Shown here in pieces: positions 29,817 through 39,226 of a stretch of 64,000 bases of DNA. The position numbers and the translations under genes were made by a program. Position 1 is the stretch's first letter; each line of letters opens with the position of its first letter. This DNA is from an uncultured delta proteobacterium (lineage in GTDB: Bacteria > Desulfobacterota > WTBG01): NCBI GenBank assembly GCA_963793865.1, contig CAWCBP010000008.1, positions 320,001 to 384,000 on the forward strand, written 5' to 3'. The notes under the pieces were generated by a model. That model saw only the letters and a list, made by a program, of their open reading frames with translations. It did not search any database and was not told where the DNA came from.

Positions 29817-32248
29817 GCTATACCTCCTTTAACTATTGTTCTGTTGCAATAATCAATGCGTAAAAATATGCAATTATTCAGCGCATGTGATCAATGAAAT
29901 CCGTCGGCAAAGTAGTCCAGCAGTTCAATCACCTCCGGATTTTTAGGATCAAGCGCAACTGCTTTATTAAGGCTCAGCAGGGCATTGCGCGTAGAACCTA
30001 TTTTTATGAATGCCCTTGCCAGCAGAATATGCGTATCAAGGTCGTCCGGATTGACAGTCAGATGAGCCGTCAGATAGCGCATGGCTACTTCGGTTTTTCC
30101 CTGATCCGAATAATGGGCTACCTTTTCCATGATACCCTGTTTGATGGTTGGCAACGCTGCCGTCTCGTCTTGATTGAGGGAAATGGATTTTTTAAATTCT
30201 CCAATTGCCTCCTTCAGGGATTCCTTTTTAAGGTAGGCAAGGCCCAGCTTGAGGTGCGCATCAGCATCATCAGATTTGTTCTTAAGGTATACATTGAAAT
30301 TCTCTATAGCCGCATCATAATTGCCCTTATCCAGAGCTTCTACCCCAAGCTGGTAGTTTTGAGATACAGTGCCCGCACATCCTGCAAGGAAAATGCAGAG
30401 CACAATAGTTACACAATGTATGGTTTTTCTCATTCGAATTTTGATCATTCGTATTCGCTGTGTGCCTCGGGTTTATGGTCGGTAGGAGCGGCTTTGAGCC
30501 GCGAATGCCTCACGCATGAACGCGCTCCTGCCGGGATTGCTATACAAGGCCACGATTTTATTTATACTCATATCAACTTTTAGCTAACCTCCCTTATTAC
30601 GGATAAGGGTCGCCGAAGCAGTATATTTTCCCATTGGTGGAGGAGTAGTAGACATGTCCGTCCGCCAGGGCGGGAGAAGGAACAGAATACCAGGCCACCA
30701 CGTAGGGATCATGGCCCCTCACTATGAACTCGTTGGCCTGGGTGCTGCAGTTGTCATCCTTGCAGAACTGGTACTCCCATACCGGGACCAGGGTGTCCGG
30801 ATCCGAGACATAATCGTAGCAGAAGAGTTTCTCTCTCCCGTAGGTGTTTGAATCTATCCAGGCACGGTCATAGTCGGTGGCGGCCACATAGAGCAGGCCG
30901 TCCTGGGGAGAAATGGATATGCCGCTCGGCCCGGGCAGCCAGTAACCAGAAACCGGGTGCGGATCGAACACATTCCAGGTGGGCACTCCCAGAAATGCCT
31001 CTTTAATGATCCGGCCCGTATCCTTGTTGAGCACAAACATGCTCCCGGTGTCGGCTATGCCGATCACATACCCCCGGGATTCATCAACCGCAGGCGCTGA
31101 ACAGAGGGCGGTATGACCCTTTACATTGAAGCCGGCCCAATGGGTCCACTTCACCTGGCCGTCATCGATGTCCAGTGCCCAGAGGGCGCCGTCACCGCCG
31201 GGAGCAAAGAGGGTGTCACCTGAGATTGCCTGGGTTCCTCCCTGGGCAAGCGGAATAGTTCCATGATGCCAGAGCTCAGCCCCGGTGTCTGCATCTACCG
31301 TGGCAAACTGCCCGTAGTGGTAATCGGTGGCGGTGTCCGCCTCGATGAAAACCTTGCCGTTCTGTACCGGCGGTATGTTGGTTACCCCGCATCCCCGCGG
31401 GTTCCAGGTCCACAGGACATCACCATTATCTTCATCCAATCCGTAAAAGTACCCGTCACGACCGGCCCAGTAATGGGTAGCGTCATTGCCGATGGTGGGC
31501 CAGGGATATCCCGGCTGCCCTTCAGTCACATAGGCCCAGGGCCGGAATATGGCATAAAAGCTGGGAAGGAATGACCCGATGTAGAGCTTGCCGTTGGAAA
31601 TGGAGGGCGGAGAAAGATGCCAGGCCCACTTCTGGTTATACCAGGGTTTCCCTACGTTCGGTCCCCCCGGGTCTTTGTAGGGTGTCCTCTCCCAGATGGT
31701 CGAGCCGTCATTCATGTTAAGCGAGATGACCCGCCCGTCAAAGGTCCCGAAAATGACGCAGCCGTTGGTGCCGTAATTGGGGTCCATGGTGGGCCCGGTG
31801 ATGAACTGGTCGTAACCGGCAGGAAAAGGAAGCGGGGCGATGAGAGAAAAATCAGTGCAGTCCGGCTGGGTGGTGGTGCACTCAAAACACCAGGAAGGAC
31901 AAGTGCCGGTGGTATAGCACACCCCGGTGTTTCCCTCCAGCATGGGAATGTCATTGTAACACCAGTCGGTGGGGGCTCCGGCCGGTTCGGTGGGCGCCTG
32001 CCAGAGAAAGTGTTGGTGCCAGAGCAGGCCGCCGGTAAACTGATCGTTGGCTTGGATTACCCCGGAACCCGCCGTGATTATCATTCCCCGGTCCACCACC
32101 GAGGGACCCCTGGAATCGGCGCGAGTTGTGGGAGCCCAGGCGCGAAATTCGCGGTCTTGCATCCACAGCTTGGCTGCGGTGGCTGGATAGCCGCTGTCCG
32201 TTGCCGCGCCGCTGTTCAATAAATCATGCCTGAAGCTCGGCCAGGGAT
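28093..32248. repeat. Direct duplication of ~1.63 kb (28093-29719 and 30622-32248, offset 2529)
   Basis: Identical incidental ORFs at 29088-29693 and 31617-32222. The remainder differs mainly by scattered substitutions. Confidence 0.9.
29891..30448 (-). CDS. TPR-repeat lipoprotein
   Basis: Lipobox LAGC followed by TPR motifs. Confidence 0.8.
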   Translation of the reverse strand: MIKIRMRKTIHCVTIVLCIFLAGCAGTVSQNYQLGVEALDKGNYDAAIENFNVYLKNKSDDADAHLKLGLAYLKKESLKEAIGEFKKSISLNQDETAALPTIKQGIMEKVAHYSDQGKTEVAMRYLTAHLTVNPDDLDTHILLARAFIKIGSTRNALLSLNKAVALDPKNPEVIELLDYFADGFH

Positions 32249-32351
32249 GGATGGTGGATCCGGTACCCAGCGCCCTGTCAAGCGGCATGCATATGACCAC
32301 TGCGGTCAGCATGAATGCACTGAGAAACCATAAACCTGACTTTCTACTCAT
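30597..32351 (-). CDS. Secreted PQQ-type beta-propeller protein without a dockerin tail
   Basis: Near-identical to the propeller of 27492-29816. It has a different signal peptide and ends right after the last blade. Confidence 0.85.
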   Translation of the reverse strand: MSRKSGLWFLSAFMLTAVVICMPLDRALGTGSTIHPWPSFRHDLLNSGAATDSGYPATAAKLWMQDREFRAWAPTTRADSRGPSVVDRGMIITAGSGVIQANDQFTGGLLWHQHFLWQAPTEPAGAPTDWCYNDIPMLEGNTGVCYTTGTCPSWCFECTTTQPDCTDFSLIAPLPFPAGYDQFITGPTMDPNYGTNGCVIFGTFDGRVISLNMNDGSTIWERTPYKDPGGPNVGKPWYNQKWAWHLSPPSISNGKLYIGSFLPSFYAIFRPWAYVTEGQPGYPWPTIGNDATHYWAGRDGYFYGLDEDNGDVLWTWNPRGCGVTNIPPVQNGKVFIEADTATDYHYGQFATVDADTGAELWHHGTIPLAQGGTQAISGDTLFAPGGDGALWALDIDDGQVKWTHWAGFNVKGHTALCSAPAVDESRGYVIGIADTGSMFVLNKDTGRIIKEAFLGVPTWNVFDPHPVSGYWLPGPSGISISPQDGLLYVAATDYDRAWIDSNTYGREKLFCYDYVSDPDTLVPVWEYQFCKDDNCSTQANEFIVRGHDPYVVAWYSVPSPALADGHVYYSSTNGKIYCFGDPYP

Positions 32352-32665
32352 GGCAATCCTCCTTTACATAAATGTTATCCGAATTACTGGTGTGGTGTCC
32401 CATGAATTACCTCATGAAGTAAAGAAATCTCTTGAATTCGACTATCCCCGCCTCAAGTCAATCAAAGGACAATTATCGCTTTTAAAACATAGCAAATGAG
32501 AGAAATCAAGTAAAAAATTGTTAGATAAGCAAATTATTAGATAATCTTAATAATAGGGTGTTAAAAGGCACGCTTTTAATGCCGGCGAAGCCTTAATTAC
32601 CTTATATGATTCAATTTAACCTGTGCCGCAAACATCAACAAGCCCTATCGGCAACAATCCTTTTC

Positions 32666-35021
32666 CTAATACCAGCACCACCGGGGCGTATCACATTTGG
32701 TACAGGGGTTGCTGTATGCGCTTCTGCCGAAGTCTGATTTAAACAGCGACGCATCAGAACCGTCGACGTTCCCGTTGCAGGTAAAATCACCGTTGCAAAG
32801 GTTACTATTGGTACAGGGGTTGCTGTACGTGCTTCTGCCGAAATCCGCCTTGAAGGCTGCTGCATCACCGCCATCCACGTCCACGTCGCCATCGAAGTTA
32901 CCCTCACATTCACAGGCGTTGCCGCAGTTGTTACCGCCCGGGGGGTAGGTATCTTGCTGGAGGGGATTGGAGAGAATGGAGCAGTTGTCACAGGCGTTCC
33001 CCACGCCGTCACTGTCACCATCTTCCTGGCTGGTGCTGCAGACACCGCCCGTCCCGCAGTGGGCGTTGCTGGTGCAGATCACATTGACATAACCGCTCAT
33101 GCAGGTGCCCATGCTTGCGGCGTTGGGTGCCGAAGGACAGTTGTCCGCGCTGTCTGATACACCATCCTCGTCCATGTCGTCAGTCAGGCCGTTGAGCTGT
33201 TTGAAGACCTTCGCCCCGCCAAGTCCCGAAGGGGTGGAGCTTGCGCCCTTACTGCCGGCAACATACAGGTGACTGCCGAAAACGGCAAAACCCTCAAAAT
33301 TGATTATTTCCGGGTCTCCAAACCCGTTGCCGGTTACCTGGGTCCATGTCGTTACGTCAGAGGTTTTCCATATCTGCGATCCGAGCATCTCATCAATGTT
33401 GGCGGAGCATTGTATTCAGGAACATATTGACAGATAATCCCGCCATACAGGGTGCCGTTAACGGGAAAAGGTTTACCGCAAGGTTCTGGTACGCGACACC
33501 AAAGAAGGGGTAATCCTGAGGATATTTATATCCGTCAAATCCATTAGGATAGGGGGAATCTCCCAGGGGATCAACATAGGAAGGGTCAACGGGGTCCACA
33601 TTGGCTTCACCAACGGCGTACTGCCAACTTCCATCATCTTTAATTTCGGAAAGGCCACTTTGCGCAGAGAGCACCCGCGCCCCATCGCCTACAACCCCTA
33701 CCATAAGATTATTGTCAAAATCAGCAAGACTCCAGGGCATGAAATTGTATTGATTGGTTCCGCACCCCGGCGGGCTTCCGAACCCGTTTTCATTACTGCC
33801 GGTGGTGTTGCCGTCAACCGCGTTATCGACGATGAGCTCCCATCCGAACTCGGTAAGCCGGGCCATGCGCGCGCATCCGCCCAAATCACCGCCGGTGCCG
33901 GTTCCCCCCGCATACAGCACCGGCGTTCCGGAAACTGAAGATACTGTCAGGTCGGATACGCTGCTTGAAACGGGCTTATAGCCCCCGGGATAGGCAGCGC
34001 TGTTGGAGTGGAAATTGCCGAAGCTGTGGTAGTTATAGGGTGCAGGGATACTCAGGACGGAGGGGGTTACAAACCAGTCATCGCCGTTCTCGGTGTACCA
34101 GATCTGCCCTCCGGTTTCATAGTTCAGCCCCGTGCTCACGTAGAGCTTGTTATCAAAAATACGCATCGCGGTAATGGTCTTGTTCCAGAAGTCACCAAAA
34201 CCGTTTTCATCGTCCCCCATGCCGATTTCATAGGAATTGCCGACTGCGACCGCTCCGAGTGTATAAGAATAGGAAGGAAAGGGATTGTTATAAACGGCGC
34301 TGCTGCAGTTTGTGTATTCGGTTTCCACACCGCCGCTGTAAGTGCCGGCCGTTTCGTTCTGCTGAACCGTAAGGGTATTAGCTGTATTGCTTACAATTAC
34401 AAACCTTCTATAGATGCCGGAGCCTGAGGTTATCTGCAGCACCCCGCCGGCCCATTCATTGGGCGACCACGCTTGTGCGCTGTCAGTAATATCGGCTGTT
34501 CGAACCCCATCTCCTGCGGCGCAGCCGGCAATACCGGTTATGGTTCCGGATTCTTCCGCGTCTCTCTTATCTGAAATTACCGCCTCCCAGTTTGTCCCAT
34601 CATAGCGCCAGATCTCCGCGCCGGTTGAACCAAGGTAATTTCCCTGCAGGCCGGAAGAGAGTCCGAAATAGAGCTTGTCCTGAAAAACAATCATCCTGGC
34701 CCATACGTTGTTGATGTGAGTATTGCCATATACCCCGTTGGTTTCACCACCGGGGAACAGCACCTGTTCCCAGCCTGTTCCGCCCGTCCGCCAGACTTCA
34801 GTGCCCTCCAGCTGATTCCTGGTCATGGCATACAAATTTCCCCCGTATTCGGCCATCGCCACCACCGACATGTTATCATCGCTGCCGAAACCCGGCGGAT
34901 TTACCTGCACCCACAGTGAACCGTCTTCACCGGTAATTGCCTGGGACCATTCAGGTGAGATCAGAAGCAGTGGCAAGATGATGATTAAGGTGATGATTGA
35001 TTTTGATAAAATACTTCTCAT
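32666..35021 (-). CDS. Secreted probable beta-propeller protein + TSP3-like + dockerin-like tail; two frameshifts at ~33458 and ~33397
   Basis: Repeated GFG...N and EVWR/EIWR/QIWY/QIWK blades. The bridging frame reads NGTLYGGIICQYVPEYNAPP between ORFs 33393-35102 and 32666-33388. Confidence 0.72.
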
Positions 35022-35168
35022 GCTTATTCCTCCTTCTTTGATTCGAAAATAAATCGTGTGGAGGGACGCACTCTGTTGCGTCCGATGCTTGTATGCGGCC
35101 ATGACAGAGCAGGGCCCTCCATCATCGACGTTTTCCTGCGGCGTGAATGCAGAATCCGCTATGTTTAG

Positions 35169-38100
35169 CTACGGTGCAGCCGTGACCCCAAATCCCTCCC
35201 AAATAATCTCTCCACTTTGACTCTTGGAGTCAGTCACCACACAGCGGACAGCGTAGGTCCCCTCGTCACCGGCTTGCGGGGTCCACGCCCAGGTGGTGCT
35301 ATTAGAACCAACCGTGGTCCAGCCCGGATCTGCTGCTTCCTTAATTGACCAGGCATAAGTGTATGGCGATGTGCCGCCTGTCACCACAGTAGCCTGGAAG
35401 GTCACACTCTGGCCAACCGCGGTGCCCTCCTTTTCTCCGTTGGAGAGATACACCATGGGCTTGATGATTGCGTTAACCACCTGTTTTGCCAGCAGCTGTC
35501 CCACCCGGGGATCATTGTCGGGCGGGGCGTACATTTCCCAGGTACCCGTGTACTGGTCCTGCACCGGGTTATTGGGATCAGGTGCACCCACGAGGGGATC
35601 ATATCCCAGGTGTCCGAAATCGCTCAAATCGTAGGCAAGCGATGGATCCAGATCATGCGCCCGGTCGGGTAGTGGGGTGAGCCGGGGCGCCGGATACGGC
35701 CGCGGCAGCGGATCATCAGCGCAGCCTCCCATCACGAAGCAGCAGTCGGATGAAAGGGTCTGGGTTTCAGTGCCGTTAGCCAGCGCATTGCCGAAAGGAG
35801 TCTTGTCATCGCGGATGGTCTCATTATCGCTGAAGGAGCCGACCAGATCCTTAAGCACAATCCTGCCCGCGGCGTTTCCGCCGGCCCAGCTCCCGCTTTC
35901 CACCGCGACCTGTTTTATGATGCCCGTCGCTCCCGATGTTTGACCGACGAGCTTTGCCCCCGGCTCGAGAGAAACCGGGTTGGTGCCGCCGCCGGCTATC
36001 TGCGAGGTTCCACCGTCAAACAGGAGTTCCCACTCGCCGCAATCCTGGTATACCCAGTTGCCCCAGTAATCGGCAAAGGGGTGGCCAACGACGGGATACC
36101 TGGTGAAATCACCCACGCTCCACAGCGCCCAGTTCTTTATGCCGATCTCCTTGCCGATCTGGTTGGGAATTTCAACCATGTCCAGCGCCGAGGAGGTAAT
36201 GATTTGGGTGAAGCCGACCACGATATGCTGCACCCCCTTGGTATTTACCAGGTAATCGATGGCATCCCAGTAGAGATATCCCCAGGGGTGAAATTTCCCT
36301 CTCGGGTCTGAAGGATTGGGATACCCCGCGCTTGAAGGAAATTCCTTTGTCGTCTCGTAAAGGTACTGGTGCCCCAGGTTTTCCCCGCGCATAAAAATGG
36401 TTCTTTCAAGTAACGAGTGCTCTGCTTCGGGGTTTAGTTCTTTGACACCCATGCGGGCACCGATGATGTTATCCGGGTCCATGGTGGGATGGAGCGCGAC
36501 GAGCTGGTCCTTGATGTTTTCATTCAAAACCACGGTATCGTTTAATTTGGGATCGAACACCTCGTCCAGATCGTTGATGGCATGGTTGAGGATGATGACC
36601 CCCGTATTTGCATCAGAAACGGTCCCTGAGAATGATGCCTCTATTGCCTCCCTCTGCAGCGTGGCCAGGTCGGGATCCGCGGCAACCGGGTTGGGACTTC
36701 CGTTTAGCAGCACTTCACTGTCCTGGGTCGGTAGTGCCCCGGTAGACCTGGTCCACCCCGCCGGAAGAATGGGATAGGAGCGTTTCATGAGATCACTGTA
36801 GTCGTTGACCCAGAGGAGGGGAACGGTAATACCATAAGTGTTCTTCCATTCATCGAGGCGTTTCTGGGACATGTTTTTCACATCGTATGTCTTGGAGAAG
36901 CGCACGCCGCCGACGGTGAGGTCAACCATGATGATCCGGTACACACCCTGCTTGAGCAGCCGGTCTATCGGTCCGTCCACGTTGTAGCGATTCGGGTCGC
37001 AACCGGGCCAGGGACCGCCGGGCTCCCCCTCTCCGCAGTAGGTGCAGTTGGTGCCAACGCCGGGGCCGTCAGGGCCGTAGTAAATGAAGCGGGGGTAAGG
37101 ATAATGGTCGATGCAGTCCCCGCACATCCATCCCGCCCAGTCAGTGGCAAAATCAATGTTATGGCTGTCGTTTTCAAGCTCGGTCTCCATGTCAGACAGC
37201 TGATCCAGAGTCAGGCCGCCGAAGGGATCTGTTCCCCCGATGCGCGGATACTCAAAATCATACTTGGCCATAAATTTTAAGGAGGACTCAGCCGTCAGCA
37301 CAAAGTCCCAATAGGCGGGGTTCCAGATGGCCAGCTTGTAAACACTGTTGTTGGGATCGTATGAGAACTGCTGTACCCCGGTGTCCCAGATATACTGATC
37401 TACATTGGTATCTGTTCCGCCATGCACGGTAAACAGCACTCCCACCGGCCGGCCGGCGGCAGGGCAGGGGTTAGTGAGTGACGTTCTGCCGAAGTCTGAT
37501 TTGAACACTGCTGAATCAGTACCATCGGAATCGCTATCCCCGTCAAAATTGCCGTAGCAGGGGTTATCATAAGTGCATGGATTGCCGCTGAGAGTACTTC
37601 TGCCGAAACTCTTCTTGAACACTGCTGCATCCGTTCCATCCTGGTCCAGGTCGCAGTCGAAATTCCCCTCGCAGTCGCAGGCATCACCCACGCCGTTCCC
37701 GCCTGCGGGAGAAGTGTCTTCCTGGTTGGTGCTGCACACACCGCCGGTTCCGCACTGGTAATCAGCTATACAGGTTCTCCCCTTCACACCTTTTGTACAG
37801 GTACCCAGATTTGGACCGTTGGGGGTTGAGGGACAATTGTCTGAACCGGTGCAGGAAACATCAGATACACCGGGATTGCAGATGCCATCACAATCATCGT
37901 CTATATCTTCATTTGTCTGTACATGACAGTCTGTGCAATTACCCCCCCGGGGGATATGATTTTGTACTTCGTAGCATTGAGAATGGCAATTGGCGCAGCC
38001 CGACGTTTCAACCGGACCAGGCCCGGTATTTGTTCTGCAAGGAGATCCTGTGCCCCCGTTATGGCAAAGCAAACATTCGGCAGGGTCTGTTAGCCCAATT

Positions 38101-38261
38101 TGCGTAAAATGGAAAGCGTGAATGTTGCTGCGGGAATGGCACTGAAGGCAGTTCTGAGCTGCAGGTGGAGCGACGCATTCGTAGGCGAAAGCGGTGCAGG
38201 TAAACGCGGATACAATGAAAAGTAGAGTTATACCTAGTATTCCATGCTGAACCTTTTTCAT
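35169..38261 (-). CDS. Secreted fusion: tetraheme c-type cytochrome + TSP3/dockerin-like + ferrochelatase-like domain + PKD/Ig-like C-terminus
   Basis: CLQCH, CLLCH, CANCH and CTDCH, then an internal FK.xFGR pair. Chelatase-like motifs: VGVLFTVHGG, YPRIGGTDP, KQGVYRIIMV, IILNH and KGVQHIVV. Confidence 0.75.
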   Translation of the reverse strand: MKKVQHGILGITLLFIVSAFTCTAFAYECVAPPAAQNCLQCHSRSNIHAFHFTQIGLTDPAECLLCHNGGTGSPCRTNTGPGPVETSGCANCHSQCYEVQNHIPRGGNCTDCHVQTNEDIDDDCDGICNPGVSDVSCTGSDNCPSTPNGPNLGTCTKGVKGRTCIADYQCGTGGVCSTNQEDTSPAGGNGVGDACDCEGNFDCDLDQDGTDAAVFKKSFGRSTLSGNPCTYDNPCYGNFDGDSDSDGTDSAVFKSDFGRTSLTNPCPAAGRPVGVLFTVHGGTDTNVDQYIWDTGVQQFSYDPNNSVYKLAIWNPAYWDFVLTAESSLKFMAKYDFEYPRIGGTDPFGGLTLDQLSDMETELENDSHNIDFATDWAGWMCGDCIDHYPYPRFIYYGPDGPGVGTNCTYCGEGEPGGPWPGCDPNRYNVDGPIDRLLKQGVYRIIMVDLTVGGVRFSKTYDVKNMSQKRLDEWKNTYGITVPLLWVNDYSDLMKRSYPILPAGWTRSTGALPTQDSEVLLNGSPNPVAADPDLATLQREAIEASFSGTVSDANTGVIILNHAINDLDEVFDPKLNDTVVLNENIKDQLVALHPTMDPDNIIGARMGVKELNPEAEHSLLERTIFMRGENLGHQYLYETTKEFPSSAGYPNPSDPRGKFHPWGYLYWDAIDYLVNTKGVQHIVVGFTQIITSSALDMVEIPNQIGKEIGIKNWALWSVGDFTRYPVVGHPFADYWGNWVYQDCGEWELLFDGGTSQIAGGGTNPVSLEPGAKLVGQTSGATGIIKQVAVESGSWAGGNAAGRIVLKDLVGSFSDNETIRDDKTPFGNALANGTETQTLSSDCCFVMGGCADDPLPRPYPAPRLTPLPDRAHDLDPSLAYDLSDFGHLGYDPLVGAPDPNNPVQDQYTGTWEMYAPPDNDPRVGQLLAKQVVNAIIKPMVYLSNGEKEGTAVGQSVTFQATVVTGGTSPYTYAWSIKEAADPGWTTVGSNSTTWAWTPQAGDEGTYAVRCVVTDSKSQSGEIIWEGFGVTAAP

Positions 38262-38292
38262 TTTTACCCCCCTTACATTAAATGAGATGACT

Positions 38293-38337
38293 AAAAAAAG
38301 GACTTTCATGCGGGTATACACCCGGCAGAGAAAGTCC
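38293..38337 (-). terminator. Terminator-like hairpin in the 5' leader of the cytochrome fusion gene
   Basis: Minus strand GGACTTTC...GAAAGTCC followed by T7, ~30 nt before the ATG at 38261. Confidence 0.6.
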
Positions 38338-38688
38338 CTTTATATAGAGCTAAACCTTGATTCTGTCATAGGGATGACAAAATAACTTTTTTATAATGCT
38401 ATATTAGTAAACGCGATGGATATTTATAACACGTTACTACCCTTGTCGTCAAGTATGATTCAAGATTATTTTAACATCATTTTAATAAAAAATCAAATTA
38501 ATCAGCTATTTGTCAATAAAAAAAGAAAATGGGGAGGGTATGCTATTATTGTATGTATCTGTAAAAGAAAGAATTATTTGGGATGGCGTACGATCGGCGA
38601 AAGATGGGCTGCGAATAGAATAAATTGAAAAAGGGGGGATTAATTAAAATAATAGGGCATTACATACGAGGGTTCTTGCATGGGTGGA

Positions 38689-39189
38689 TCACTCAAAGCA
38701 GAAAACGCCTTTTTTCACCCCTGCGGGAAGAGGGTTTCTTTCTTCATCAGAAACCTTGACATTTTTTGAGGTGATATCAACACATCGGCCTTCAGGGGCT
38801 TCTTCCGATACATCATAGCTGACATTGATGATCTGGCCCGCCTCCGCAGGAATCGCATTGCCGCTTAATGATACGAGCATTATTCTGAAGCAGCCGTCGG
38901 AAAGCTCGTTGAATGCGCAGGTGAATCCGGAAGCATTGCCCACGGCTTCGCAACCGACACCCTGCAGGTAGTTTCCTTTATCGCAGATATCCGCTTGAAT
39001 GCCTTTGACCGTGTTGGCAGGATTGTCAAGGGTTATCTCCACCAGGTTGTTTTCACTGCCCGGGGATCCTGAGCCGTTTTCAATGGTCAGGTAGATTTCC
39101 GCCTGTTGGCAGGAGGTCAGGCAGATGATGGCCAACGGGATGATCATAAGCATTGCTTTTGAAGTAAGGGTAAAGTGTCTCTTGTTCAT
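38689..39189 (-). CDS. Lipoprotein consisting of a single cohesin-like (class B) domain
   Basis: Lipobox LTSC, then VEITLDN...IQADICD.GNYL..VGCE...FTCAFNEL.DGCFRIMLVS. Confidence 0.75.
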   Translation of the reverse strand: MNKRHFTLTSKAMLMIIPLAIICLTSCQQAEIYLTIENGSGSPGSENNLVEITLDNPANTVKGIQADICDKGNYLQGVGCEAVGNASGFTCAFNELSDGCFRIMLVSLSGNAIPAEAGQIINVSYDVSEEAPEGRCVDITSKNVKVSDEERNPLPAGVKKGVFCFE

Positions 39190-39226
39190 GGTGGCATCCT
39201 TTGCGCTGAGCCCGGTGAACCGGAGT

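Noticed and set aside
28093..32248. Diversity-generating retroelement template/variable repeat pair
   Set aside because: No reverse transcriptase in the window, the repeat is 1.6 kb with both copies coding, and the differences are not adenine-specific.
35169..38261. Calling the gene hemH
   Set aside because: The similarity is by-eye and interrupted by insertions, the protein is exported and fused, and catalytic residues are unverified.
38416..38628. Small AT-rich ORFs in spacers (also 5668-5880, 8620-8808, 15440-15652, 40875-41162)
   Set aside because: They overlap promoter-like or REP DNA or the ends of real genes, and lack an RBS or a coherent protein pattern.
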